64,000 nt of DNA from Eledone cirrhosa (GCA_964016885.1 OZ024742.1:308698001-308762000); one strand, 5' to 3'. Shown: positions 26,614 through 41,542, counted from the stretch's first letter. Notes: generated from the letters alone by a model not told the origin. Program-made: numbers and translations.

Positions 26614-27714
26614 AGTCAGTTTCCTGTATACGAGCGATAAAATGGCCGGCTTTGCCACAACCAAATAATTTATTTTTTTTATATATATATATACATACAC
26701 ATATATATATGTATATATATATATATAAATATATAAAGAGAGAGTGAGACGGACAGAGATAAAACCATATGCAGATATAGTTTACTAGGGTTAACCCAGT
26801 GTCCTGTTTCCCTGGAGTTTCCACGGCCTGCTTCAGCGCTCAGCGTGCCTCCGAGTCCGCAAACAGTTGAAGATTCAACTTTGAAATGGCTGAAGAACCG
26901 GAGAAAGTACACACTGAAGAAAATCGAGAGTAACAGGTCACTGGATCAAACTTAAACTATTAATTTCTATTATGGTATAGTGTACTCATTCATGAGTTCG
27001 TCTATATTGAACATATATCATATATTTAGATGTTTGTGTATGTATGTGTATGTATGTGTATGTATGTGTATGTATGTGTATGTATGTGTGTGTATGTGTG
27101 TGTATGTATGAATGTACGTGTGTTTTGTATGTGTAATTATCCTGAGGGTTATCACGCACACACATGTATCATGTTCCGATAAATCTTGTTGATTTTCAAT
27201 GAAAACACGAAGAGGAAATCTGTGACGCACATGATGTTTCCCAAAGGTATGAGTAACATAGCCGTAGTTAGTTATATTTTTAGATGTTATCTTCCGAAAT
27301 GACAAACTCACAGAACTGTTCAATTAATGAGTGCAACATCCAGAAATCTTGTTCGCAGATCATCGATTCCTGTTAAATCGTCTCTAGCAGCTCGGTCGGT
27401 TTATAGAATGCTTATATATACGCATATATACACGAGGTCAGAGCACTAAAGAACCAAACTCTCACTGCCACTGCTTCGGTCTCTCTGGCTCGCCCCATCT
27501 CTCCTTGTTGTGACCAAATGGGGGCCCACGCAAATGGCGGACAGCATAGAGAAGGCTTTTCCCCGGGGGACGGTGAAGGAGACGCGCTGGAAGGGCCATT
27601 ACAGCTCGTGATACTAATGAGTATAGCCAATGACAATAATCAATCAAACCATCCATTAGAACTAGATAACATGCTACATCCGTCTCTTTGTTATAATATT
27701 TCAGACATGTCAAC

Positions 27715-28176
27715 ACTCCCCGTCCGACGAGGAGATCTCCCACCCACTTTGGGGTGGATGAAAGATGTCTTCAATTGTGAAAATGGCTATAGCTTTCATT
27801 ATATAAAATCTCCCCATTTTGCCTCATTTCTCTCCGTTTTGGGGCACTTTCTTTTCATGGTATTCCCCGTTTGGGCTTTTAGAGGTTGGCAGGTCTGATA
27901 TTTAGTATTATAACATTGGGTTTGTGAGTTATTTAACACCAGACTTTGTCATTAAAACCAAGGCGTTTCAAAATGTTACAAATACTAGGCCTTACAATCT
28001 CATATAAACCATTTTACATACTAAATACAGACCTGACAATTTCTAAAAACCCAAACGGGGAGTAACATGAAAAGTGCCCACAAGAGAAATGAGGTAAAAT
28101 GGGAAGATTTTACATAATGAAAGCTATACCCCTTTTTACAAGAGAAGGGGGTGGAAGATCTCCCAGTGACGAGGAG
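27715..28176. mobile_element. Old MITE-like inverted-repeat element
   Basis: ~190-bp diverged arms 27715-27905 and 28020-28176 (GGAGATCT.CCACCC..., TATAGCTTTCATTAT, CCCCGTTTGGG, CAGGTCTG). Confidence 0.6.
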
Positions 28177-28499
28177 AATTAACAGGTACGTAAATACCCG
28201 AACGAAATTGTATCTCAAACGTTTACACCGAAAACACTGGTCTTATATTTCTTCAACACTAAACACTCCAGTTTACACTACAGTACTAATTCTGTTTATT
28301 AGATGGAGCGTCCGATATACACACTAATAATCTTGCTTATAATCTCAAAACGGTCATCTGACTGATTGGCAAAATTACAATCACTAACACACCACAAACA
28401 TTATCACAACACTTTTCCCTTTCCGACCCTTTCCCGCCCACGCAGGTGCAACTATTGACACTCTACCATTCTCTGCCATTCCGAAAAACTAAGAGTATA

Positions 28500-28725
28500 A
28501 TTATCAGAGGCTGAGAATGAATTACTCACAAACTAAGAACGAGACTTTCACTGTCTAAGGACGAAGCCTCAGAGACGAAGCACGAGGGTTTTCACAGACT
28601 AAACACAAATCTCTCAGAGCCTAACAACGAAATTCTCGTGAATAAGTACGAAGCCTCAGAGACAAATACAAGGGTGTTCACAGACTAAACACGAAGCTCT
28701 CACAGCCTACGAACTAGATTCTCAT
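28500..28725 (+). repeat. Diverged ~22-bp minisatellite
   Basis: Recurring CA(C/G)AGACTAAACACGAAGC.TCT-like units. Confidence 0.55.
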
Positions 28726-29123
28726 GGATAAGGGCAATTCTTATAGACTACGGACGAAGCTTTCGCATGGAATGTCGAAAAAAAATAAAGTTCATTGAAA
28801 CCGGAGAAAGAATTTGTTCGAAACGAAGGAAACATTTTTACTAAGCTCATACGAAGGCAAGACACTTGAAATTTCACGACGCATATAAGTGTGCGTGTAT
28901 GGTTGTAAACACAGGCGTGTGTGTGTTTGTGTATGTACGCAAGCACGCACACCCACTCACTTATACACATGCAAAAACATACATATGTATAAATAAATAT
29001 GTATGCATATATAGACAAATACTGAAAAACTACATATAGATGCACGCACATAGATGTATCTATTCCTAGTATGTATGTTTATTCACGAAAGCACGAATAC
29101 ACGAATGCATTATCCCAGTGTGC

Positions 29124-29192
<69 letters not shown>

Positions 29193-29224
29193 GGGGAGAG
29201 AGAGAGGGAGAGAGAGAGAGGGGG

Positions 29225-29276
<52 letters not shown>

Positions 29277-29358
29277 CGATGCATACAAGAGAAACAGTTG
29301 CCTCAAGATTTACGTACTATTGATATAATCATCAGATCTTAAGAAGAAGAAGAAGAAG

Positions 29359-29412
<54 letters not shown>

Positions 29413-29574
29413 AACATGAAGAGGTGCTGGTGGTGGAGGAGGAGGCGGATTAAAATTGAAAGCCATAGAAAGCCGATGACGAGGAAGCGGAAGAAAGAAT
29501 ACGAACAACAGCTATAACTGTAACAAAAACAACAAAAAAACAACACCAGCAGCAACAACAACCACAATACCTTT

Positions 29575-31530
<1,956 letters not shown>

Positions 31531-31962
31531 ATATATATATATAGAGAGAGAGAGAGGTTATCACATACATAAAATTAAATTAAATTAAATCAAGGATACA
31601 TATATGTGTTGCAACTGTTCACTTTTAAGCTCAATGAAGAATTAATAAGTTAAAATCAAAAAATCAGAGCATTATATCATAAAACATGTCTATAGAATCA
31701 ATCAGATATTAAAATATATACTATTTCTTCTTCTAATCAGCATAATTAACCATATACATAATCAAATCTAGCAAGCTTTAAGAGTAAATTTTCTAACGGA
31801 GAAATCTCCGAAAAATAATTGATCGCAGCTAGTTCGCGTTAACTCCGTTCCATTATTTATCAAACACTTCGGCGGCATGCAGAATCCGATCAAATATATC
31901 GTCAACCGCACGTAATTAGTAGTAAAATTAAACTTAGAAGAAATGCGCACATACCGTAATTA

Positions 31963-32043
31963 TATCTCTACCGTGGTTTCTTCCTTGTTTAGGACATCCA
32001 AATAATATGGACTTGCCCTGAGTCAGGTTATCATCAGGAGATA
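31963..32043 (-). ncRNA. Type I hammerhead ribozyme with ~50-nt stem II (antisense arm copy)
   Basis: Reverse complement of 32635-32715; stem III reads ACCACGGU. Confidence 0.65.
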
Positions 32044-32634
32044 AACTCAGAAATAGACATTTAATTTCTCAGACCGACCGCGCCAAATTTATATTCAAAA
32101 ATGGCTAAGATCGCTATGTAGCTGTGTACCAGCCAGAGAGAAAGCGTGTGATTGGTCGCTTACGGCGGGTAGGCATGCTGCTAGAAAGCGCAGCCATATA
32201 TCGCCAAATTTAATCTCAACCGATAGGGAGATTATTAAATATAGAGGTTATCACATACATAAAATTAAATTAAATTAAATCAAGGATACATATATGTGTT
32301 GCAACTGTTCACTTTTAAGCTCAATGAAGAATTAATAAGTTAAAATCAAAATATCAGAGCATTATATCATAAAACATGCCTATAGAATCAATCAGATATT
32401 AAAATATATACTATTAAAATATATACTATTTCTTCTTCTAATCAGCATAATTAATCGGTTGAGATTAAATTTGGCGATATATGGCTGCGCTTTCTAGCAG
32501 CATGCCTACCCGCCGTAAGCGACCAATCACACGCTTTCTCTCTGGCTGGTACACAGCTACATAGCGATCTTAGCTATTTTTGAATCTAAATTTGGCGCGG
32601 TCGGTCTGAGAAATTAAATGTCTATTTCTGAGTT

Positions 32635-32715
32635 TATCTCCTGATGATAACCTGACTCAGGGCAAGTCCATATTATTTGGATGTCCTAAACAAGGAAGAA
32701 ACCATGGTAGAGATA
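32635..32715 (+). ncRNA. Type I hammerhead ribozyme with ~50-nt stem II
   Basis: UAUCUC CUGAUGA [uaaccugacuc AGGGC aa GUCCA uauuauu UGGAU GUCCU aaacaaggaa] GAAAC caug GUA GAGAUA; palindromic ACCAUGGU. Confidence 0.7.
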
Positions 32716-32998
32716 TAATTACGGTATGTGCGCATTTCTTCTAAGTTTAATTTTACTACTAATTACGTGCGGTTGACGATATATTTGATCGGATTCTGCA
32801 TGCTGCCGAAGTGTTTGATAAATAATGGAACGCAGTTAACGCGAACTAGCTGCGATCAATTATTTGTCGGAGATTTCCCCGTTAGAAAATTTACTCTTAA
32901 AGCTTGCTAGATTTGATTATGTATATGGTTAATTATGGTGATTAGAAGAAGAAATAGTATATATTTTAATATCTGATTGATTCTATAGACATGTTTTA

Positions 32999-33034
<36 letters not shown>

Positions 33035-33057
33035 TATATTTATATATATATATATAT

Positions 33058-35629
33058 CACAATTATAAAGAAACTCTTCCAGCTATCTGAAAAGCGCGCC
33101 AAAGCCGGCTGCCAAATAAACTTTCTAAAACGATGCCTGAATAACAACATCATCCCAAAAACTATCAAAAATGTGCACCTACCAACATGCTTCAAATCAC
33201 CAGGCCTCAAACGATCACTTAGTTACATACAAAAATTCTGCCTAAGAAAACTCATACAACACCTACACCGCACGCTACGACAACACATACGGACTATTTC
33301 CAACCTTGTACCACAACTCGCTGAAAACCCAAACCTCTGTCCAGAGTCATCTCCGCCGCTATAGACAGGTCATACCACCATCGCCGAGACTACGAGAAAA
33401 TACGTCTAACGCAAAAATTTCTCAAACTCAGGACGGCCAACTGTCTTAACAACATCCCAACTCTAAACATCAACAGAGGCGAACAAGACGGTACCAACAC
33501 CGAACCTAGCGGCGCCCCGATCAACAACACACCTGACGCAAAACACCTCGTCACAGATTTGACAGGATCCCTCTCCCGAGAGGAATTAGACCTCCTCAGC
33601 CTGGGTCCCAAGTTCATATTGAAACACAGACTGGACGACAAATTATGGCTCGACATAGAAACGAATTTCTGTCGGGCTGCCTACCAACTAAAATGGATAT
33701 CGACTCTCGGCAACAACACCACAGAATCTATCAAACCCAGATTCCCGATATACCAACTAGATCGCCCACTCTGTCCACCGCCTGCCAACCGCGAGCTTGA
33801 GGAAAAATTCTCGAGACTAAAACATTCCGTATTTAACATCTTACGGAAACAGAAGAAGATCGCCCCAAACCTCTTCAGGACACAACAACTCGCCCTGAAG
33901 AACCTACGGAATAAGGAACTTATATACTTACCATCCGACAAAGGTAAAGAGTTTTGCGTCATCTCTCAAGCCACGTACAACAACCTAGCCTTTGAACACC
34001 TAAGCGACAATGAATTATACACAGAGATCCCGGACATGACTGCAGCCCAGATCGAAAAACAGACCAACTCCATCTGGTTCGATATCTGTAGGAGAAGACA
34101 ACTCCCAAATAAAGTTAAGCTCAACTACACCACTAGAAATAGCAGACTTTCTACCACCTCACCAAGACCCACAAGAATAGTACTAAGACGCAAATAAGAC
34201 CCATCGTCTCTAGCATAGAAGGACCCCTATACAAAATTTCCTGGCTCCTCTCCCAGGTCCTCAAGCCTCTACTCTCCACCTTCCCCGGGCATGTCAGTAG
34301 CTCCGACGAAGTTATACGTAGACTACACCAACTCCAGCCAGAACAACTTAAACTAAATAAATACGCCTTTAGCCTCGACGTTGTCTCCCTCTACACTACA
34401 GTCCCCGCTCGTCCAGCTGTCGATTTATTGACGGACTGCGTGGTCGCAGAGGACATCCACTGCTACGGCCTCCACCCGACGGACATACACCAGCTTTTGT
34501 CCTTCACAGTAGACAACACGTACTTCACCTTCCACCACCACACATACAGACAGACAACAGGATTACCCATGGGATCCAGCCTATCGGGCCTCGTGGCCAT
34601 CATCTACATGAACCAGCTAGAATGCCGAGCCCTCAACACCTGCCATTCCCATACCTTCTTCACCCGATATGTAGATGACATACTCATCCTTACATCATCC
34701 CGTGAGGAGGCAGATAAAATATACACAACATTCTCCAGCATGTACGCCAGTATAAAGTTCAGCATGGAACACCCCGATGACCGCAAATCCCTATCCCTAC
34801 TTGACTTCCAACTCAGGGTAACAGAGAAAGGCAACATCCACACCTGCTTCTATAAAAAAGCCGCCAGCAGGGACCTGTTCGTACATTTCAGATCGGCCCT
34901 CCCACTCGGTGCCAAGTTCGCATACATAAGGAATGAACTGCCACGTATCCGGAACAAATGCACCGACGCTAGAGACCGAGACACACACACCACACATTTC
35001 CTGGAAGTACTCAAACTGAACGGATACACGACATCCACCACAAACCGTGCCAGAAAGAACAGAGGACACCGCACCCGAGGCACTAACACTTGCTTCCTGA
35101 AGCTCCCACACTTCAGTGAAGAAACAACAACAGCCATCCGCAGAGCTATCAGACGAGAGGGACTAGATATCCAACTGGCCCACTCAGGTCCTTCTCTACG
35201 CGGACAGCTAACCAAAAGACACTCCACCAGACATGACAACTGCTGCAGACTAGCCAACTGCCCCATTAACGACACAGACCTATGCCACCAGGCTTACGTC
35301 GTATACAGACTAGAATGTAACAAATGCAACAACTTCTACGTAGGTAGCACCACCAGACCACTCCACGTAAGAATAAAAGAACACCTCAATACTAACGCTT
35401 CCTCATTTAAGAAACAGCTAGTTAAATGCAAAAACACCGACAAAACCATAACAGTTAGGATAGAAACCAAGGAAAGAAACCTCGGCAATCTTAGAATTAA
35501 GGAAGCACTAATTATAGACAAAACACAACCACCAATCAATAATAGACTAGAACTCAACACCCAATTTATAACTTGATAGAGCTTCTAGCCCCATATTTAC
35601 ACACACACCCCGCACACACACGCACACAC

Positions 35630-35666
<37 letters not shown>

Positions 35667-36130
35667 TACACCTCCACTTATTCTCTCTCACACATACACA
35701 CACAAAACCAGTTCTAACACTATTCGAATAGACATATCTTCTCACACTCACACACACACACTCACATACTTACACCTTCATGCATTCTCCCACACACTTA
35801 AACATTCATGTATATAAAAAATATAAAAAAACAAAAACAAACCCCTTTTAAAGGGAGACTACTCTTTATCCACCTAATCTTAACTCTTTGACATTAGAGA
35901 TAGAACAGATACTCTATACCATTTCCTGTCAGCATGACTTGGCAAACTATTTAGAACACTGGTTGACAACTTTACTTCGCTCTGAAGAAGAGATATTATC
36001 ACGAAAATTAAGGACACTTAAATAAATCTAAGGTAAAAGACTAATTGTCAACAATATCTTTTGCATTTGCATTCTCTATTTTATGTCCATACCTGCATTG
36101 TGTTGGCTTTATTATACATATACAAACCTT
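33058..36130 (+). mobile_element. Penelope-like element (Poseidon-like; clade uncertain), 5'-truncated, in (TA)n
   Basis: Coding region followed by a CA-rich 3' region; (TA)n on both sides. Confidence 0.85.
33559..35576 (+). pseudogene. PLE RT + GIY-YIG endonuclease with a frameshift near 34148
   Basis: LLSLGPKF, PSDKG, FYHLTKTHK, IRPIVS, SLDVVSLYT, GLPMGSSLS, RYVDD, SLLD and YVVYRLECNKCNNFYVGSTTRPLHVRIKEH. Confidence 0.9.
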
Positions 36131-36133
36131 TAT

Positions 36134-36188
<55 letters not shown>

Positions 36189-36218
36189 AATATATATATA
36201 TAAATATATATATATATA

Positions 36219-36370
<152 letters not shown>

Positions 36371-36436
36371 AGATTGTTTTAAGACTGAAAAGTGGACGTT
36401 GGCATATATATATATATATATATATATAAATATATC

Positions 36437-36653
36437 ATTAAGTTAAAAATGTACATCCACATATGTATACTGAAATACTAGTATGCATATGAATACACAC
36501 ACGTGTACATATGTAGATGTACCGAGTTTTTCACTGGACACTTTACTGTGAGTGTTCAGCTATTCTGTATGTAAACACACAGACAAACCGGTTTTTAGAG
36601 TCAAAGTGAGTTACAAACGAAACGAAATTTAATTTCGTTTCGTTATTTGTTTT

Positions 36654-36656
<3 letters not shown>
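36437..36656. repeat. Fragment of the array-A family with an inverted end
   Basis: 36437-36602 matches ~12115-12280; 36603-36656 is the reverse complement of ~12044-12093. Confidence 0.8.
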
Positions 36657-36749
<93 letters not shown>

Positions 36750-36757
36750 GGGGGGGG

Positions 36758-37262
36758 TGTCAGGTCGCTCTCGGGTGCTACTGGTACAACCTGCCTCATG
36801 GTCGGCTCTTCGGCGACTAAACCGACAACCCCACAAAACTTGCTTGGTGTGGAGAGTGGACACCTTGGGGGATAAAAAGAAGACCCGGCAAAGGGCGGAG
36901 AAACTCGGTGGAGCCAACGGCCATCCAAATAGAACTTTGGTTTTTCACCTAGGAGAGAAAGAGCCCCAGTTGTTGTCAAAACACCTTTCTAAGAGAGGAA
37001 AACTCTGAAAAATAAACGTGCGGCTTCGGAAGCACCGATGATGATGACAAGTTCTCCTTTTCGGGTAGTTTTTTAGATTCTCAGAGAGTGGGATTGATCG
37101 AGTGCAAGGCCTTTCTCCACTTAAAAAACCTTCAAGGCACAGGCATTGCTTGTTCAGGATCTGTTACAGGTTCGTGTGCCTGTCCGTAGCCTAAAAACGC
37201 ATCATTTTCTGTAATCTGTCAAGCGACTGTAATACTCTTAGCAGAGTTTGCAGCCATCATAT
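36758..37262 (+). mobile_element. Bipartite non-autonomous RTE-derived element (related pieces at 50020-50307 and 63100-63200)
   Basis: Shares GAGAGTGGGA.TG...GTGCA..GCCTTT.CTC.ACT..AAAA..CTTCA.GGCACAGGCATTGCTT and the 3' end TACTC....GAGTT.GCAG.CA.CAT with the 50 kb copy; its 5' motif is shared with 63105-63178. Confidence 0.5.
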
Positions 37263-37342
37263 ATATATGACTATCCAAGAAAAACTTGAACCGTTAAGGT
37301 ATCTTTTCTTGCTTATGTCAACATTTATAAAACAAACTTTGT

Positions 37343-37401
37343 ATTTTATCTGATGAGCGCGTACCAAAGTGTTGGTACCCTTGAAATATATATAATAGAA
37401 T
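37343..37401 (+). ncRNA. Type I hammerhead ribozyme (AUA triplet), homologue of 22852
   Basis: AUUUUAU CUGAUGA gcgcGUACCA aagugu UGGUACccuu GAAAU auau AUA AUAGAAU; stem I stays fully paired with a shifted G-U. Confidence 0.65.
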
Positions 37402-37485
37402 AAATATGGTTTTATAAATATAGTTTCCATTTATTTAATATCATTGTATATATATATATATAGATATATAGATATATAGATATAG

Positions 37486-37590
<105 letters not shown>

Positions 37591-38142
37591 AAAGAAATTG
37601 TGGTAAGGAATCAGATGGACCATAACACACCAGATTACTCAATACTTAGGGGAGTAGAGTGGGTAATAGGAAAAAGTATGACTCCGACGGCAGAGCTCAA
37701 GCCTTTTCGACGGGTATTTCTAGAAATAGCCGTCGAAACGGCTTGAGCTCTGCCGTCGGGGTCATAATTTTTCCTATATATATATAGTAATAATAATAAA
37801 TTTGAAGACTAAAATCCAAAGAGGGCTCGATAAGGATAAATATATATCAAATATATAAGAACCCGAGAGCAAATATTTATTAAAATAACAGATTAAAGTT
37901 TAAGCAAAGAATCGCTGCTTTAAACACTTTAATCTGTTATTTTAATATATATATATATATAACAAAGGAAGTGTCGTAAGGAACCAGTTGGACCATAACG
38001 CACCAGAGTACTCAATACTCAGGATAGTAGAGTGGGTAATATACATTTTCCTATATATAGATGCATACATATATATATATATGTAAGTATGTATGTATAC
38101 GTACATACATATATGTATACAGACGTACAGTAGCATGCATAC

Positions 38143-38180
<38 letters not shown>

Positions 38181-38274
38181 ATACAGGTACACATACGTAT
38201 ATGCACGCATCAGTTTAGCGGCGTTATAATAAGCGTCCGCTAAACTGATGCGTGCATATTTGTATGTGTACCTG

Positions 38275-38322
<48 letters not shown>

Positions 38323-38559
38323 CATGCTACTGTACGTCTGTATACATATATGTATGTACGTATACATACATACTTACATTTAAGTAAGTGCCATACTAAG
38401 AGTGAGAAATGAAATTTCGTTTTCATTTTTTTTCAACTTATCGTTTTTGGTATGCCTGACCGATTTAACTCATTCAATATGCAAATTAGGCTGCTCAGCC
38501 GTTAATTTTCATAAGGAAAGTATATACTTTCGAACGTTCAACTATCTGGCAGATGGGTA

Positions 38560-38604
38560 AACGGTGCTGATGATAGCTAACAAGCTTGAAACTAGTACAT
38601 CGTT
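38560..38604 (+). ncRNA. Minimal type I hammerhead ribozyme (array B unit 1)
   Basis: AACGGUG CUGAUGA uAGCU aaca AGCUu GAAAC ua GUA CAUCGUU: 7-bp stem I, U-U at 10.1/11.1, palindromic ACUAGU. Confidence 0.85.
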
Positions 38605-38768
38605 CCTGTGTCAGTGTTGAACAAAAAGGTGACGTGGTTGCCTTAACACCGTATGGCATAAATTCAGGCTGTTCAGTTTGTTGACAAACGAACAAAGCGG
38701 CGTTATAATAAGCGTCCGCTAAACTGATGCGTGCATATGTGTATGTGTACCTGTATGTATATATATAT

Positions 38769-38835
<67 letters not shown>

Positions 38836-39070
38836 TGCTACTGTACGTCTGTATACATATATGTATGTACGTATACATACATACTTACATTTAAGTAAGT
38901 GCCATACTAAGAGTGAGAAATGAAATTTCGTTTTCATTTTTTTTCAACTTATCGTTTTCGGTATGCCTGACCGATTTAACTCATTCAATATGCAAATTAG
39001 GCTGCTCAGCCGTTAATTTTCATAAGGAAAGTATATACTTTCGAACGTTCAACTATCTGGCAGATGGGTA

Positions 39071-39115
39071 AACGGTGCTGATGATAGCTAACAAGCTTGA
39101 AACTAGTACATCGTT
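39071..39115 (+). ncRNA. Minimal type I hammerhead ribozyme (array B unit 2)
   Basis: Identical to unit 1. Confidence 0.85.
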
Positions 39116-39264
39116 CCTGTGTCAGTGTTGAACAAAAAGGTGACGTGGTTGCCTTAACACCGTATGGCATAAATTCAGGCTGTTCAGTTTGTTGACAAAC
39201 GAACAAAGCGGCGTTATAATAAGCGTCCGGTAAACTGATGCGTGCATATATGTATGTGTACCTG

Positions 39265-39316
<52 letters not shown>

Positions 39317-39553
39317 CATGCTACTGTACGTCTGTATACATATATGTATGTACGTATACATACATACTTACATTTAAGTAAGTGCCATACTAAGAGTGAG
39401 AAATGAAATTTCGTTTTCATTTTTTTTCAACTTATCGTTTTCGGTATGCCTGACCGATTTAACTCACTCAATATGCAAATTAGGCTGCTCAGCCGTTAAT
39501 TTTCATAAGGAAAGTATATACTTTCGAACGTTCAACTATCTGGCAGATGGGTA

Positions 39554-39598
39554 AACGGTGCTGATGATAGCTAACAAGCTTGAAACTAGTACATCGTT
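39554..39598 (+). ncRNA. Minimal type I hammerhead ribozyme (array B unit 3)
   Basis: Identical to unit 1. Confidence 0.85.
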
Positions 39599-39747
39599 CC
39601 TGTGTCAGTGTTGAACAAAAAGGTGACGTGGTTGCCTTAACACCGTATGGCATAAATTCAGGCTGTTCAGTTTGTTGACAAACGAACAAAGCGGCGTTAT
39701 AATAAGCGTCCGCTAAACTGATGCGTGCATATGTGTATGTGTACCTG

Positions 39748-39809
<62 letters not shown>

Positions 39810-40044
39810 TGCTACTGTACGTCTGTATACATATATGTATGTACGTATACATACATACTTACATTTAAGTAAGTGCCATACTAAGAGTGAGAAATGAAAT
39901 TTCGTTTTCATTTTTTTTCAACTTATCGTTTTCGGTATGCCTGACCGATTTAACTCATTCAATATGCAAATTAGGCTGCTCAGCCGTTAATTTTCATAAG
40001 GAAAGTATATACTTTCGAACGTTCAACTATCTGGCAGATGGGTA

Positions 40045-40089
40045 AACGGTGCTGATGATAGCTAACAAGCTTGAAACTAGTACATCGTT
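40045..40089 (+). ncRNA. Minimal type I hammerhead ribozyme (array B unit 4)
   Basis: Identical to unit 1. Confidence 0.85.
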
Positions 40090-40238
40090 CCTGTGTCAGT
40101 GTTGAACAAAAAGGTGACGTGGTTGCCTTAACACCGTATGGCATAAATTCAGGCTGTTCAGTTTGTTGACAAACGAACAAAGCGGCGTTATAATAAGCGT
40201 CCGGTAAACTGATGCGTGCATATATGTATGTGTACCTG

Positions 40239-40282
<44 letters not shown>

Positions 40283-40519
40283 CATGCTACTGTACGTCTG
40301 TATACATATATGTATGTACGTATACATACATACTTACATTTAAGTAAGTGCCATACTAAGAGTGAGAAATGAAATTTCGTTTTCATTTTTTTTCAACTTA
40401 TCGTTTTCGGTATGCCTGACCGATTTAACTCACTCAATATGCAAATTAGGCTGCTCAGCCGTTAATTTTCATAAGGAAAGTATATACTTTCGAACGTTCA
40501 ACTATCTGGCAGATGGGTA

Positions 40520-40564
40520 AACGGTGCTGATGATAGCTAACAAGCTTGAAACTAGTACATCGTT
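40520..40564 (+). ncRNA. Minimal type I hammerhead ribozyme (array B unit 5)
   Basis: Identical to unit 1. Confidence 0.85.
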
Positions 40565-40713
40565 CCTGTGTCAGTGTTGAACAAAAAGGTGATGTGGTTG
40601 CCTTAACACCGTATGGCATAAATTCAGGCTGTTCAGTTTGTTGACAAACGAACAAAACGGTGTTATAATAAGCGTCCGCTAAACTGATGCGTGCATATAT
40701 GTATGTGTACCTG

Positions 40714-40749
<36 letters not shown>

Positions 40750-40987
40750 CATGCTACTGTACGTCTGTATACATATATGTATGTACGTATAGATACATAC
40801 TTACATTTAAGTAAGTGCCATACTAAGAGTGAGAAATGAAATTTCGTTTTCATTTTTTTTTCAACTTATCGTTTTCGGTATGCCTGACCGATTTAACTCA
40901 CTCAATATGCAAATTAGGCTGCTCAGCCGTTAATTTTCATAAGGAAAGTATATACTTTCGAACGTTCAACTATCTGGCAGATGGGTA

Positions 40988-41032
40988 AACGGTGCTGATG
41001 ATAGCTAACAAGCTTGAAACTAGTACATCGTT
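40988..41032 (+). ncRNA. Minimal type I hammerhead ribozyme (array B unit 6)
   Basis: Identical to unit 1. Confidence 0.85.
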
Positions 41033-41178
41033 CCTGTGTCAGTGTTGAACAAAAAGGTGACGTGGTTGCCTTAACACCGTATGGCATAAATTCAGACTGT
41101 TCAGTTTGTTGACAAACGAACAAAGCGGCGTTATAGTAAGCGTCCGCTAAACTGATGTGTGCATATATGTATGTGTAC

Positions 41179-41273
<95 letters not shown>

Positions 41274-41385
41274 TGCTACTGTACGTCTGTATACATATAT
41301 GTATGTACGTATACATACATACTTACATTTAAGTAAGTGCCATACTAAGAGTGAGAAATGAAATTTCGTTTTCATTCTTTTTCAA

Positions 41386-41420
<35 letters not shown>

Positions 41421-41457
41421 ATCCATACATATATATACTTTTACATATATATACTTT

Positions 41458-41542
<85 letters not shown>

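Larger units (their letters stand above)
31553..33003. mobile_element. PLE pLTR relic: 31553-32225 with partial direct repeat (32243-32454) and inverted copy (32455-33003)
   Basis: ~550-bp near-identical inverted arms, an HHR in each arm, flanked by (TA)n. Confidence 0.8.
38081..41390 (+). repeat. Tandem array B: ~6.4 units of 468-511 bp, each with an HHR and an internal variable (TA)n; 5' inverted arm 38081-38220
   Basis: HHR starts at 38560, 39071, 39554, 40045, 40520 and 40988 (periods 511, 483, 491, 475, 468). Non-microsatellite parts are nearly identical. Confidence 0.92.

Noticed and set aside
35975-36015. CTGAAGA..GAT ATT ATC..CGAAA in the 3' region of the 33-kb PLE as a hammerhead
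   Set aside because: Position is right, but no NUH triplet, stem III or stem I could be paired; at best a decayed relic.
38218-41390. CRISPR-like repeat/spacer appearance
   Set aside because: Units are ~480 bp, the variable part is only (TA)n length, the context is eukaryotic and there are no cas genes.
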